Source: Nitrospinales bacterium (GTDB taxonomy: Bacteria > Nitrospinota > Nitrospinia > Nitrospinales > VA-1). Taken from it: a stretch of 64,000 nt of DNA. This document shows positions 29,765 to 42,007 of this stretch, piece after piece. The stretch spans positions 2,976,001 through 3,040,000 of the forward strand of contig CBDCXL010000002.1 in assembly GCA_965223795.1 (NCBI GenBank), given 5' to 3'. Position numbers and translations under genes: made by a program. Each line of letters starts with the position of its first letter. Position 1 is the first letter of the stretch. A model generated the notes under the pieces. That model saw nothing but the letters and a program-made list of their open reading frames with translations. It was not told the DNA's origin and did no database searches.

Positions 29765-30568
29765 ATGCCCTTCGACGTATTTCCATTTCGCGGTTTTTTT
29801 CTGCTGTCCGTTTTCGTGCTCTGTCTGGCGGCGGCGGGCTGCGGCGTCAGCGGCAAGGATGTGGAGGCCTGCCTGGACAGCGGCGAGTGCATCGCCGTGG
29901 TGGAGGTCCCGGAAGTGTCTCAGGCGCTGCCGCTCGATCCGGCGGCGGCGCTGTGGAACAGCGGCGCGCAGGCGGTGTCGATCGATCTCGGTCCGCAGAT
30001 GATCACCAACCCCAAATGGCCCGATCCCGCGGTCAAGTCGGTGCGGGTGCAGGCGTTTCGCACGAGACAGGAATTGGCGATCCGCATCGAGTGGCAGGAC
30101 GCCACCCAGGACAGCCGCACCGATCTGACGGATTATTACTCCGACATGGCGGCGGTCATGTTTCCGGTCAAGCCGGGCAAGGAACCGCCGGTCATCATGA
30201 TGGGCGCGGAGGACACGCCGGTCAACATCTGGCAGTGGAAAGCCATCTGGCAAAATGGGCTTGAACCGCAAAAGCCGCGCCGCGGCCCGGATGCACCGGC
30301 TTCGCAGCGTAGCTCACCGGTGGAGGATCTGAACGCCGAGGGTTTCAGCACGCTCACCACGCAGGAGGTACAGAGCGTGCTGGGCCAGGCGGACCGCAAG
30401 GACGGCCATTGGCGGGTGGTGTTCAAACGCTCATTGACCAATGCGGACGAAAACGACGCGCAGTTTGAGCATTCGATGCCGATGGCGGTGGCGGTGTGGA
30501 ACGGCTACAACCGGGAGCGCAACGGCCAGAAGGGCATCGCGGGCTGGATCCTGCTTCGCTTTTCCTAG
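29765..30568 (+). CDS. Ethylbenzene-dehydrogenase-type heme b subunit (EB_dh / DMSO reductase type II gamma-like) lipoprotein
   Basis: Lipobox AAGC; IRIEWQDAT, SDMAAVMFP, IMMG..PVNIWQWKA, WRVVFKRSL, AVAVWNG...ERNGQK. Confidence 0.8.
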   Translation: MPFDVFPFRGFFLLSVFVLCLAAAGCGVSGKDVEACLDSGECIAVVEVPEVSQALPLDPAAALWNSGAQAVSIDLGPQMITNPKWPDPAVKSVRVQAFRTRQELAIRIEWQDATQDSRTDLTDYYSDMAAVMFPVKPGKEPPVIMMGAEDTPVNIWQWKAIWQNGLEPQKPRRGPDAPASQRSSPVEDLNAEGFSTLTTQEVQSVLGQADRKDGHWRVVFKRSLTNADENDAQFEHSMPMAVAVWNGYNRERNGQKGIAGWILLRFS

Positions 30569-30659
30569 CGGATTCGCGGGAATGCGGCCCTATCCGGCTG
30601 TGGCGGTGTGAGCAGTGAAACGCCCGCACAGGCAGCCGGCGTGATTCAGGGCATCCGGA

Positions 30660-32339
30660 TCAGTCGGTCACCGCGCCGCGCGACGCGGAGGAGACGGCTT
30701 TCGCGTACTTGGCCAGAACGCCGGACGCATACTTGATGGGCGGCGGCGTCCAGGCGGCCCTTCGCTTTTCGATTTCTTCCTCAGACAGATCCGCTTCCAG
30801 TTTGTGGTTGTCGAGATCCACGGTGATGCGGTCTCCCTGCTCCAGTAAAGCGATCAATCCGCCCGCCTGCGCCTCCGGAGCGACATGGCCGACGACGATG
30901 CCGTAGGTGCCGCCGGAAAACCGGCCGTCGGTGATGAGCGCCACCTTGTCCCCCAGGCCTTCGCCGACCAGCGCGGAGGTGGGCGCCAGCATCTCCCGCA
31001 TCCCCGGCCCGCCTTTGGGGCCTTCGTAGCGCACGACGACCACGTCGCCCGGCTCGATCTTCTTCGCCAGGATGGCTTCCAGGCATTCCTCTTCCGAGTC
31101 GAAAATCTTCGCGGGTCCGGTGAGCTTGCGGGTCTGAATGCCGGAGATCTTGGCGACCGACCCTTCCGGACTCAGGTTGCCCTTGAGCACGGCGAGGTGG
31201 CCTTCCGGCGACTTGGCCTTGTCGAAGGGCAGGATGACGTCCTGGTTCGCGTCCGGAAGATCGGGGACGTCTTTCAGGTTCTCGGCGACGGTTTTTCCGG
31301 TCACGGTCGGACAGTCGCCGTGCAGCAGTCCGGCGTTGAGCAGCATCTTCATGACCTGAGGGATGCCGCCGGCACGGTGCAGATCGACGGTGACGTATTT
31401 GCCCGAAGGTTTGAGGTCGCAGAACAGCGGCGTGCGTTTGCGGACCGCTTCGAAATCCTCGATCTTGAGATCGACGCCGACGGAATGGGCGATGGCCAAT
31501 AGATGCAGCACTGCGTTGGTGGAGCCGCCCACCGCCATGACCACGGCGATGGCGTTTTCCAGGGCCTTGCGGCTCAGGATGTCTTTCGGGCAGATGTTTT
31601 TCTCCAGCAGCGGGAACAATGCCGCCGCGCTGTCGCCGGTGTTGATCTCTTTTTCCTTATCTTCGTTCGACATGGTGGAGCTGTACGGCAGGCTGAGCCC
31701 CATCGCCTCGATGGCGGAGGACATGGTGTTGGCGGTGAACATGCCGCCGCAGGAGCCGTAGCCTGGACAGGCGTTTTTTTCGATCGCCGTCAATTGCGTT
31801 TCGTCGATGGTGCCGGCGCTGTGCTGCCCCACGCCTTCGAACACGCTGACGACGGTGAGGTCCTTGTCCTCCAGGTGGCCGGGCTTGATGGTGCCGCCGT
31901 ACACGAAAATACTGGGGATGTCCAGACGCGCCATGGCGATCACCGCGCCGGGCATGTTCTTGTCGCAGCCGCCGATGCAGATCACCGCATCCAGGTTGGC
32001 GGCGCGGCAGACGGTTTCGATGGAATCGGCGATCACCTCGCGGCTGACGAGGGAGCATTTCATGCCCTCGGTGCCCATCGAGATCCCGTCGCTGACGGTG
32101 ATGGTGCCGAACATCTGCGGCATGCCGCCGCGGTCGCGGATCGTGGCGGTGGCGACGTCGGCCAGTTTGCCGAGCCCGGCGTTGCAGGGGGTCACGTCGC
32201 TCTGCCCGTTGGCGACGCCGATGATGGGTTTGTCGAAGTCGCTGTCGGTGAAGCCCACGGCGCGCAGCATGGCGCGGTTGGGCGCGCGTTTGCTGCCCTG
32301 GGTGACGACGCGGCTTTTGCGGTTGAGTTTTTCGGTCAT
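30660..32339 (-). CDS. ilvD: Dihydroxy-acid dehydratase
   Basis: [53 protein letters not shown]. Confidence 0.97.
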   Translation of the reverse strand: MTEKLNRKSRVVTQGSKRAPNRAMLRAVGFTDSDFDKPIIGVANGQSDVTPCNAGLGKLADVATATIRDRGGMPQMFGTITVSDGISMGTEGMKCSLVSREVIADSIETVCRAANLDAVICIGGCDKNMPGAVIAMARLDIPSIFVYGGTIKPGHLEDKDLTVVSVFEGVGQHSAGTIDETQLTAIEKNACPGYGSCGGMFTANTMSSAIEAMGLSLPYSSTMSNEDKEKEINTGDSAAALFPLLEKNICPKDILSRKALENAIAVVMAVGGSTNAVLHLLAIAHSVGVDLKIEDFEAVRKRTPLFCDLKPSGKYVTVDLHRAGGIPQVMKMLLNAGLLHGDCPTVTGKTVAENLKDVPDLPDANQDVILPFDKAKSPEGHLAVLKGNLSPEGSVAKISGIQTRKLTGPAKIFDSEEECLEAILAKKIEPGDVVVVRYEGPKGGPGMREMLAPTSALVGEGLGDKVALITDGRFSGGTYGIVVGHVAPEAQAGGLIALLEQGDRITVDLDNHKLEADLSEEEIEKRRAAWTPPPIKYASGVLAKYAKAVSSASRGAVTD

Positions 32340-32421
32340 GATCGTTTTATGGGTTGGATTGAAAGTTCAGGACCCTAAATATTACCTCACGTTGCGGGAT
32401 ATGAACATCCTTTTTTGGGCC

Positions 32422-34062
32422 TCAGTGCGCGACTTTGTGCAGCGCGGGCTCGGCGATGTAGCCGGAAGTGTCTTTCGGATGGACGATGGCGTAGTAGCAG
32501 GGCGCGTCCGAGGCGGTCATCCGGGCGGTGGAGCCGGCGATCTCGATTTCGTGGTGGAAGACGACGCAGGGGGTGGCGTTGTCCCCGTCCCAGGTTTTGC
32601 CGGGAGGGTTGGCCGGTCGGGCAGCGTGGTTTTTGAGAAAGCCCGGCAGGTGGTGCACGCGCTGGGCAAAAAGATAATCCAGTTTCAATAGATCCGAGCC
32701 GAGCGGATCGTCCGCAAGCTCAAAGGCGTCATAGAAGATCCGGTACTGACTATCGAGGGAATGCGGCCGCAGCAGCAGATCCTGGTTTTCCATGTATTCG
32801 AACAGGCGGTGGAACACGCGCGCCGGTGCCTGCGCCGCGAGCAGGCGGTCCAGGGAAAAGCGGAAGCGTTTGGAATTATAGAAAAGATCGAACACCTCGG
32901 CGAAGTGTTTGAGGTACAGCAGCTGTCCGGCAGTACAGTCGCGGTTGGAGATCATCTCGTAAGGCGGCGTCGATTGAAACTCGTAGCGGTGCGATTCGAT
33001 TTTATCGCGGATGGGCGCGCCGGGGAGAAACTTCAAAAAGCCGAGCTGCAGCTCGTGCGGCCGAAGCCTGACGACCTCCTCGAAGGATTTAAGCATCCGC
33101 TCCGGCGTTTCGCCCGGCAGCCCGAAGATCAAATCGCAGTGAAAGTGGATGCGGTTCTGGCGCACCAGCCGCTCGATCGCGGCGAACAGTTTTTCGTTGT
33201 TCTGGCGGCGCTCGATGGTGCTTTGGGTTTCGGGGTCGGTGGTCTGGATGCCGATCTCGAACTGGAACATGCCGGGACGGACGGTTTCGAGAAAATCCAG
33301 CAGGTCCGGTGTCAGGATGTCGCCGACGATCTCGAAATGAAACGACGCGCCTTCGTGCCTCTCCAGCCGTCGCATCAGGGTTTTCATCCTGCGGGGGTTG
33401 AGGTTGAAGGTGCGGTCCACGAACTTGATCCGACGCACTCCGGATTGGACCAGCCGCTCGATCTGGCCGTGCATCGCTTCGTCGTCGAAGTAGCGCACTT
33501 TTTTATCGAGCGCCGACAGGCAGAACGAGCACAGGTAGGGGCAGCCGCGCGAGGTCTCCAGATAGGCGATGCGGTTTTTCAGCTGCGGCCAGTCTTCCTC
33601 GATGTAAGGCGGATCGAGTTGCGGCAGGTCGGTGCCGTAGGTGTTCCAGCGCGTGCGCGTTTCCGCCGACGGCGTTTCGCCCCTTTGGACGTGTTTGAGA
33701 TAGTCCACCCACTTTGTTTCGCCTTCGCCCGCGAGGACCGTGTAGCCGTCCGGGAATTCCGTCTCGAAGGAGACTTCCGGTCCGCCGACGGCGATCTTCA
33801 ATTCCGGGTTCTGCTTTTTGAGCCGTTCGATCAACTCGAAACTCTGGGCGCGGTTCCAGATGTAGACGCTGATCCCCAGAACGTCCGGCTTGTGTTTGAG
33901 GATCTGCGCGGCGGTCTTCCAGACGGGTTGCTGGATGACGTGCTCCTGGATCCAGGTGTCGGCGAACCCCGCCCGGCGCGCGGCGTTTCTGAGGTAGCGG
34001 ATGCTGAGCGAGGAGTGGATGAATTTGGCGTTCAGGGTGACGAGCCCGACCGAAAGAGCCAT
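32422..34062 (-). CDS. B12-binding radical SAM protein (DUF4080-type)
   Basis: LNAKFIHSSLSIRYL, SVYIWN, GGPEVS, ETSRGCPYLCSFC; start moved to ATG 34062. Confidence 0.88.
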   Translation of the reverse strand: MALSVGLVTLNAKFIHSSLSIRYLRNAARRAGFADTWIQEHVIQQPVWKTAAQILKHKPDVLGISVYIWNRAQSFELIERLKKQNPELKIAVGGPEVSFETEFPDGYTVLAGEGETKWVDYLKHVQRGETPSAETRTRWNTYGTDLPQLDPPYIEEDWPQLKNRIAYLETSRGCPYLCSFCLSALDKKVRYFDDEAMHGQIERLVQSGVRRIKFVDRTFNLNPRRMKTLMRRLERHEGASFHFEIVGDILTPDLLDFLETVRPGMFQFEIGIQTTDPETQSTIERRQNNEKLFAAIERLVRQNRIHFHCDLIFGLPGETPERMLKSFEEVVRLRPHELQLGFLKFLPGAPIRDKIESHRYEFQSTPPYEMISNRDCTAGQLLYLKHFAEVFDLFYNSKRFRFSLDRLLAAQAPARVFHRLFEYMENQDLLLRPHSLDSQYRIFYDAFELADDPLGSDLLKLDYLFAQRVHHLPGFLKNHAARPANPPGKTWDGDNATPCVVFHHEIEIAGSTARMTASDAPCYYAIVHPKDTSGYIAEPALHKVAH

Positions 34063-34130
34063 GAGTTTTGGTGGCGGCGGTTTATAGATATTTTTGCCCG
34101 TTATGATAGCAGGGGCGGTGCGCGAAAAAG

Positions 34131-34949
34131 CTATTTTTTCTGGCAGACCGCGCAGTAGAACGTGGAGCGGCCGTAATGGACCGCGCGGGCGATGGGCGCT
34201 GTGCAGGCGGGGCAGGGCGCGCCTTCTTTTCCGTACACCGAAAGCGCGACGGCGTAGTAACCTGGCGTGCCGTCGGTGGTGAAAAAATCCCGCAGCGTGG
34301 TGCCGCCGGAAGCGATGCTGTTGGTCAGCGCTTCGCGCAGCGAGGCGAGCAGCCGGTCCCAGTCGGCGAGGGTGAGCCTGCCGGCCTTGCGCCACGGTTT
34401 GATGCGCGCCAGAAACAGCGATTCGCAGGCGTAGATGTTGCCGACGCCGACCAGGCGTTTCGCATCCATGAGAAAGGATTTTACCGGCGCCTTGCAGTTT
34501 CGCGCCAGGGTTTTCAGCGCCTCGGGCGTGGTTGCATCATCGAGCGGATCGAGCCCGAGGCCGTTCAGCAGCTTGTGTCCCTGTGCTTTCGGCGCCCAGA
34601 CGATGCAGCCGAAACGGCGCGGATCGATGAAATGCAGGTGCGTTCCCGGCCCGAACTGAAACGCCGCGTGGGTGTGTTTTTCCACCGGCTCCATGGACGG
34701 GTGCTGGATGACGCGGCCGCTCATGCCCAGGTGCCACACCATCGCCCCGTTTCGGGTGTGCAAGAGCAGGTACTTGCCCCGGCGGGTGATGTCGATTACG
34801 GTCTGCCCGTCCAGTTCGCGGCTCAGCGTTTCCGCGGGGATGGGAAAGCGGATGTCGCCGCGGAAAAACCGGACCTGGGTGCAGGTTTTGTTGCGGACGA
34901 CGGGCAGCAGCGCGCGTCTCAAGGTTTCCACTTCCGGAAGCTCAGGCAT
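34131..34949 (-). CDS. mutM: Formamidopyrimidine-DNA glycosylase
   Basis: MPELPEVET, RRGKYL, HLGMSG, DPRRFG, GVGNIYA.E, C-terminal zinc finger. Confidence 0.96.
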   Translation of the reverse strand: MPELPEVETLRRALLPVVRNKTCTQVRFFRGDIRFPIPAETLSRELDGQTVIDITRRGKYLLLHTRNGAMVWHLGMSGRVIQHPSMEPVEKHTHAAFQFGPGTHLHFIDPRRFGCIVWAPKAQGHKLLNGLGLDPLDDATTPEALKTLARNCKAPVKSFLMDAKRLVGVGNIYACESLFLARIKPWRKAGRLTLADWDRLLASLREALTNSIASGGTTLRDFFTTDGTPGYYAVALSVYGKEGAPCPACTAPIARAVHYGRSTFYCAVCQKK

Positions 34950-35052
34950 CGCGGGCGGGCGGCGTTTTAAGACATGCCGAAAGGGGTTTGTGCTGCGGCC
35001 TTAAATTTCGACTTCAGGTAGCTTTTGCATCGCGCGGGGGCGGCTTGCGGTG

Positions 35053-35727
35053 TCATTCCGGGGCGGGTTCCGGCGGGGCGGCGCCGTTTTCCCCGGCTTC
35101 GGGGGAGTCGTTCGCATCTTTCGTGTCATTGCCGCCTGCGGGGGCTTTGGAGATCACCACCTTGGAGGGGCGCAGGATGCGGCCGTTCAGGTGGTAGCCC
35201 TTGGCGTATTCTTCGGTCACCGTGTTTTCGTCGTGGTCTTCGGACTCGACCTGACATAAAACCTCGTGCCGGGAAGGGTCGAAGGGTTTTCCCACCGCTT
35301 CGATCGACTCCACATTCTGCTTTTCCAGCAGCGCGTCGAACTGCTTGAGGGTCATGGCCACGCCTTCTTTCAGGGTGTCGACCTGGGGATTCTCGACAGA
35401 GAGGGCGCGCTCCAGGTTGTCCTTGACGGTGAGAAGCTCTTTGAGCAGCTTTTCATTGGCGAACTGGATGGAATCCGCCTTTTCCTTCTGCAGGCGTTTT
35501 TTGTAGTTTTCGGTGTCGGCCTTGACACGCAGTGTTTCGTTGCGCAGTTCGGCAAGCTCTTCCGTTTTTTCGTCCAGTTGCTCTTTCAGAATATCGAGAG
35601 GGTCCTTGAGCGGCTCGTCCGGATCGATTTCGTTCTCCGGGATATCCGCATTGTCGGCGCTGCCGTTGGTTTCTTCGCCGGTGGCCTCTTCGGGCATTTC
35701 TTCGGTGTTTTCGATGGAGTCTTTCAA
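35053..35727 (-). CDS. grpE: Nucleotide exchange factor GrpE
   Basis: ADTENYKKR, DNLERAL, FDPSRHE, KGY.LNGRILRPSKV. Confidence 0.95.
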   Translation of the reverse strand: MKDSIENTEEMPEEATGEETNGSADNADIPENEIDPDEPLKDPLDILKEQLDEKTEELAELRNETLRVKADTENYKKRLQKEKADSIQFANEKLLKELLTVKDNLERALSVENPQVDTLKEGVAMTLKQFDALLEKQNVESIEAVGKPFDPSRHEVLCQVESEDHDENTVTEEYAKGYHLNGRILRPSKVVISKAPAGGNDTKDANDSPEAGENGAAPPEPAPE

Positions 35728-35732
35728 GGCGG

Positions 35733-36779
35733 TTATTTATCCTTCGAGATCAAAGTGGAGACCGACTTGGCGGTCTGGTTGACGATCGCTATGATTTTTT
35801 TATAGTCCATGCGCTTGGGACCGAAAACGGCGACGGTGCCGAGTTTTTCGTCCCCTTTGCTGTAATTCTGGGCGATCAGGCTGCAGCCCTGCATCTCTTC
35901 GTTGCTGTTTTCCTCGCCGATGAGGATCGTCATGCCGTCGTGCTTGAGGCAGAGATCGAGCAGCTGAACCAGCTTGGTTTTGTCCTCCAGCGTTTTGAGC
36001 AGGACCTTGATCTGATCCAGATCGGTGGTGAATTCCGGATGGTCGAGAAGGTTCATCGCACCCTGCACCAGCAGCGAGCCTTCTTCCTCCTCGGCAAAGA
36101 TCCGGTTCGAAAGATCCATCGCTTTTTTCATCAGCTGGTTGTAATGTTCGCGTTCGTGCTTCAGCCGGTGCAGCAGTTCGGCGCGGATCGACTGGATCGA
36201 TTTGCCGGTGAATTCCTCGTTGAGGAAATGGGAAATCGAGGTCAGCTGATCCTGGCTCATCGCCTTTTCGATGGGAATGATCTTGTTCTGCAGCACGCCC
36301 ATTTCCGAGTAAAAGACCGCAAGGGCTTTGTCCGCATCGACTTTGATGAACTCGATGTGCTTGAAAATGGTGTTCTGGAACGACGGCAGCATGACGAGGC
36401 CGGTCTGATGCGAGCTTTGCGAAAGATCGGAGCAGGCGTTTTCCAGCACTTTCTGCAGATTGCGGTCGCTGGGGACGCCGCGGAGCGCTTCGGTCAACGC
36501 CTCGGCATCCTTGAGAAAATGCCGGGGAGCGAGCAGCGTGTCCACGTAAAACCGGTAGCCCTGGTCGGTGGGCACCCTTCCGGCGGAGGTGTGGGGCTGG
36601 TGCAGGTAGCCCAGTTCCTCCAGATCCGCCATCACGTTGCGGATCGTGGCGGGGCTCAGCTTCTCGGAGTGCTTTTTGGCGACGCTGCGCGAGCCCACCG
36701 GTTCGGCTTTCTGGATGTAGTCGTTGACCACTTCCAAAAGGATGGATTTTTTGCGTTCGTCTAGCTGAAATGCGTCCAT
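35733..36779 (-). CDS. hrcA: Heat-inducible transcription repressor
   Basis: EPVGSR, SPATIRNVMADLEELGYL.QPHTSAGRVPTD.GYR, GPKRMDY. Confidence 0.96.
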   Translation of the reverse strand: MDAFQLDERKKSILLEVVNDYIQKAEPVGSRSVAKKHSEKLSPATIRNVMADLEELGYLHQPHTSAGRVPTDQGYRFYVDTLLAPRHFLKDAEALTEALRGVPSDRNLQKVLENACSDLSQSSHQTGLVMLPSFQNTIFKHIEFIKVDADKALAVFYSEMGVLQNKIIPIEKAMSQDQLTSISHFLNEEFTGKSIQSIRAELLHRLKHEREHYNQLMKKAMDLSNRIFAEEEEGSLLVQGAMNLLDHPEFTTDLDQIKVLLKTLEDKTKLVQLLDLCLKHDGMTILIGEENSNEEMQGCSLIAQNYSKGDEKLGTVAVFGPKRMDYKKIIAIVNQTAKSVSTLISKDK

Positions 36780-36824
36780 TGGGGGTCCGGGCCGTTGCGG
36801 GCGGGCTAACCTTCTGTTTTACAT

Positions 36825-36853
36825 AACTTATCAGTCCATCCGCCGGTTGTCAA
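36825..36853 (-). promoter_or_regulatory. Sigma70-type promoter of hrcA-grpE
   Basis: Minus strand TTGACA-N17-TAAGTT, 45 bp upstream of the hrcA start. Confidence 0.65.
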
Positions 36854-37076
36854 TCGCGGGACGGGCAGGCGCATTTTTTCAAACCCTTGTGAATCCGGGT
36901 TTTTAAACGAAAGGATGAAAATCGCGGATTGCGGGCGGCGCAGGTGCGGTTCAATACTGGTGGGGCGAACCCTCGAAAACGTTCGCGGTTTGAGAGGAAA
37001 ACGGGCGCCGCCGGGAACGGTCCGGTACGGCGCCCGATATGGATGGTTTCCTGGGTCAGCGGTTCAGCCTGTCCGG

Positions 37077-39215
37077 TCAGGTTGACTTTGTTCCCGCCGG
37101 TTTGCCGGAATCGTCCATTTTGAACTGGCTGACGATCGTCTGCAGATCCGTGGCCATTTTCGAAAGTTCGGAAGCGGCCTTCTGCGAGTCGGAGGCGCCC
37201 TGGGTGGTGCACTGGGCGGCCTCGGCGACGCCGGTGATGTTCTGCGCGATCTCCTGGGTGCCCTTGGCGGCTTCGGTGACATTGCGGCCGATCTCGGACG
37301 TGGTGGCGGACTGTTCTTCCACCGCGCTGGCGATCGTGTTGGAGATGTCGTTGATCTGGTTGATGATCATGGTGATCTCACCGATCGCATCGACCGAGCT
37401 TTTGGTGTCCTCCTGAATCGCCTCGATCTTCTGGCTGATGTCCTCGGTGGCCTTGGCCGTCTGGTTGGCCAGCTCTTTCACCTCGTTGGCGACCACCGCG
37501 AAGCCTTTGCCGGCCTCCCCGGCGCGCGCCGCCTCGATGGTGGCGTTCAGAGCCAGGAGGTTGGTCTGCTCCGCGATGGAGGTGATGACTTTGATCACCT
37601 GGCCGATCTCGGCGCTGCTGTCTCCCAGCTTGGACACCGTGGCGTTGGTCTTCTCCGCCATTTCCACGGCGGACCGGGCGACCTTGGCCGCCTGCGTGGA
37701 GTTCTGCGCGATCTCCTTGATGCTGGCGCTCATCTCCTCGGAGCCGGTGGCCACGGTTTCCACGTTCTTGCTCACTTCCTCGGAAGCGGCGGCGACCACA
37801 TTGGCCTGGGCGGAGGTCTCCTCGGCATTGCCCGCCAGCTGCTGGCTGACGGCGGTCAGTTCTTCCGAGGATGAAGCCAGCGTGGTGGCGTTGTTGCCGA
37901 TGAGCTGCAAATTCTGTTTCAGGTGGTTCAGAAAATTGCCCAACGCTTCACTGATTTTCCCCAGATCGTCCGACCCCGTTATATCCAGGTCCTGGGTCAG
38001 GTCACCCTTGGCGGCTTTGGTCACCACGTTCATGATTTTGGAAACCTTGAACACCTTGTCGGTGATGTCGCTGGCGAATTTGACGACTTTGAAAGGCTTG
38101 CCGCTCATGTCGAAGATGGGGTTGTAGCTGGCCTGAATCCAGATCTCCCTGCCGTTTTTGCCGAAGCGCTTGTATTCGCCGGAGTCGAATTCGCCGCGGT
38201 TGAGCTTTTCCCAGAACTCCCGGTACTCCGCGCTGTTGGCGTACTCCGGCTCGCAGAACATGCGGTGGTGCTGGCCTTTGATCTCGTTGAGTGAGTAGCC
38301 CACGGCGTTGAGGAAGTTTTCGTTGGCGTTGACGATGGTGCCGTCGAGGTTGAAAGAAATGACCGCCTGGGATTTGCCGATCGCGGCGATCTGGCCTTCG
38401 TACTCCGCGTTGCGCAGTTTCTGTTCGGTGATGTCGCTGGCGAATTTGACGACCTTGAAAGGCTTGCCGTTCATGTCGAAGACGGGGTTGTAGGTGGCCT
38501 GGATCCAGATCTCCCTGCCATTTTTGCCGAGGCGCTTGTATTCGCCGGAGTCGAATTCGCCGCGGTTGAGCTTTTCCCAGAACTCCCGGTACTCCGCGCT
38601 GTTGGCGTACTCCGGCTCGCAGAACATGCGGTGGTGCTGGCCCTTGATCTCGTTGAGTGAGTAGCCCACGGCGTTGAGGAAGTTTTCGTTGGCGTTGATG
38701 ATCGTGCCGTCGAGGTTGAAGGAAATGACCGCCTGGGATTTGCCGATCGCGGCGATCTGGCCTTCATCCTCCAGGCTCCTGAGTTTTTGCTGCGTGACGT
38801 CCTGCGCGAGTTTGATGACCCGGATGACCCTGCCGGACGTGTTGAGCACCGGCATGTAGGAAGCGCTCAGCCAGATCGGTTCCCCGCTTTTCTTGACGCG
38901 CTTGAATTGACGGACCTGGCTTCGGCCCATGCCCAGCTCGGCCCAGAAATTGCGGTAATCCTGACTGTCGGCGGTTTCTTTGTCACAAAACATCCTGTGA
39001 TGCTGGCCTTTGATCTCATTGAGGCTGTAGCCCATGGTTTGAGTAAAATTTTCATTGGCGGTGAGGATGGTGCCGTGGGGATCGAATTCGATGACCGCCA
39101 GCGCATTGTTTATGGCATCGAATTTACTTTGCAGGTGATTCCCGTTGAGATCGCTTTTCCTGAAGATTTTAAACAGACTCAAACCGCTTGAAGTGGATTC
39201 CTGTGTGGCTGGCAT
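37077..39215 (-). CDS. Soluble methyl-accepting chemotaxis protein with three PAS/PAC domains
   Basis: Three [11 protein letters not shown] repeats, no TM segment, [34 protein letters not shown]. Confidence 0.95.
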   Translation of the reverse strand: MPATQESTSSGLSLFKIFRKSDLNGNHLQSKFDAINNALAVIEFDPHGTILTANENFTQTMGYSLNEIKGQHHRMFCDKETADSQDYRNFWAELGMGRSQVRQFKRVKKSGEPIWLSASYMPVLNTSGRVIRVIKLAQDVTQQKLRSLEDEGQIAAIGKSQAVISFNLDGTIINANENFLNAVGYSLNEIKGQHHRMFCEPEYANSAEYREFWEKLNRGEFDSGEYKRLGKNGREIWIQATYNPVFDMNGKPFKVVKFASDITEQKLRNAEYEGQIAAIGKSQAVISFNLDGTIVNANENFLNAVGYSLNEIKGQHHRMFCEPEYANSAEYREFWEKLNRGEFDSGEYKRFGKNGREIWIQASYNPIFDMSGKPFKVVKFASDITDKVFKVSKIMNVVTKAAKGDLTQDLDITGSDDLGKISEALGNFLNHLKQNLQLIGNNATTLASSSEELTAVSQQLAGNAEETSAQANVVAAASEEVSKNVETVATGSEEMSASIKEIAQNSTQAAKVARSAVEMAEKTNATVSKLGDSSAEIGQVIKVITSIAEQTNLLALNATIEAARAGEAGKGFAVVANEVKELANQTAKATEDISQKIEAIQEDTKSSVDAIGEITMIINQINDISNTIASAVEEQSATTSEIGRNVTEAAKGTQEIAQNITGVAEAAQCTTQGASDSQKAASELSKMATDLQTIVSQFKMDDSGKPAGTKST
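38059..38765. repeat. Near-identical intragenic tandem duplication (366-bp period) encoding PAS2 and PAS3
   Basis: 38059-38399 and 38425-38765 match almost base for base. Confidence 0.9.
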
Positions 39216-39684
39216 TGCAATGCTCCATGAAGTTAAAGCCGGGTGTCGGGCCTGGGGCGCTTTCGATGATCAGAGGGCGGATCGGAGAATTGGGGAACAG
39301 ATTGCACTCTCCATGCATCCGCTCGAATTGCGCAGCATGAATTTTACTTTATGAATCAATGTAATTTTTAATGGCAAAAAAAGGAAGTTCTGAAGTTTCC
39401 GGTATTAGGGATGTAAGTGCTCAAAAATCATAATATTACTGAACTATGGTGATACTGAATATATTTAAAGTCAATCTAAATTTTTTAAATTTCAATAAAA
39501 CCCAATTGAATTAACTGAACTTAATCATGGAGAGACAGCTCGGACTTCGGGTTGTGTGAGATTCGGAATGCAAATTCTGAAAGAATATGGGCATTTAGGG
39601 GATACGCGTGAAACGGGAAGTCCATATTTTTTCCTACAATCGGCATAGGAAAAACAAGGGAGCGGGCAATCAGGAGTGGTGCGG

Positions 39685-40569
39685 TCACTTCTCCACGATC
39701 TGGGTGCCGATGCCTTTTTCGGTGAAGATTTCCAGGATCAGCGAGTGCTTGACGCGCCCGTCGATGATGTGGGTTTTGTGCACGCCTTTTTTCAGCGCGT
39801 CCAGGCAGCAGTTGACCTTGGGCAGCATTCCGTCCTTGATCACGCCGGATTGGATCATCTGCCGGGCTTTGCGGCGGGTCAGCCCGGAAACGAGGGCCCT
39901 GGTTTTGTCCAGCACGCCGGGGGTGTCGGTCATCAGGATCAGCTTTTCCGCTTTCAGGGCCGAGGCGATCTCCGCGGCGACGAAATCGGCGTTGATGTTC
40001 AGCGTCTCCTGTTTTTCCCCTTTGCCGATCGGGGCGATGACCGGGATGAACTCGTTGGCGTCCAGCACTTCCAGGATGCGGGGGTTCACGTTGGTGATCT
40101 CGCCGACCAGCCCCAGGTCGATAATTTCCGGCCGGTCGGTCTCGGGGGACTGTTTCAGCTTGCGGTGGCGCCTGGCCTGAATCAGCTCGCCGTCCTTGCC
40201 GGTGATGCCGACGGCGTTGCCGCCCTGGCGGTTGATGAGGGAGACGATCTCCTTGTTCACCTTGCCGCCGAGCACCATTTCCACCACGTCGAGGGTTTTC
40301 TCGTCGGTCACCCGCTGGCCGCCGACGAAGTGGGAGGGAATGCCGAGCGCGTCGAGCGTGTCGCCGATCTGCGGGCCGCCGCCGTGCACGATGACGGGAT
40401 TGATGCCGACGTATTTCATCAGCACGATGTCGAGGGCGAAGTTTTCCTTCAGGTCCTTGGAGACCATCGCGTTGCCGCCGTACTTGATCACGATGGTCTT
40501 GTCGTAGAACAGCTTGATGAAGGGCAGGGCTTCGAGAAGGATTTCCGCTTTCTGGATGCTTTTTTTCAT
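39685..40569 (-). CDS. argB: Acetylglutamate kinase
   Basis: EALPFI, VIKYGGNAM, VHGGGPQI, NINAD, GMLPKV, IIDGRVKH. Confidence 0.96.
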   Translation of the reverse strand: MKKSIQKAEILLEALPFIKLFYDKTIVIKYGGNAMVSKDLKENFALDIVLMKYVGINPVIVHGGGPQIGDTLDALGIPSHFVGGQRVTDEKTLDVVEMVLGGKVNKEIVSLINRQGGNAVGITGKDGELIQARRHRKLKQSPETDRPEIIDLGLVGEITNVNPRILEVLDANEFIPVIAPIGKGEKQETLNINADFVAAEIASALKAEKLILMTDTPGVLDKTRALVSGLTRRKARQMIQSGVIKDGMLPKVNCCLDALKKGVHKTHIIDGRVKHSLILEIFTEKGIGTQIVEK

Positions 40570-40596
40570 TCCGCGTTCACGCTGGGGGAAGCTGCA

Positions 40597-42003
<1,407 letters not shown>

Positions 42004-42007
42004 GAGA

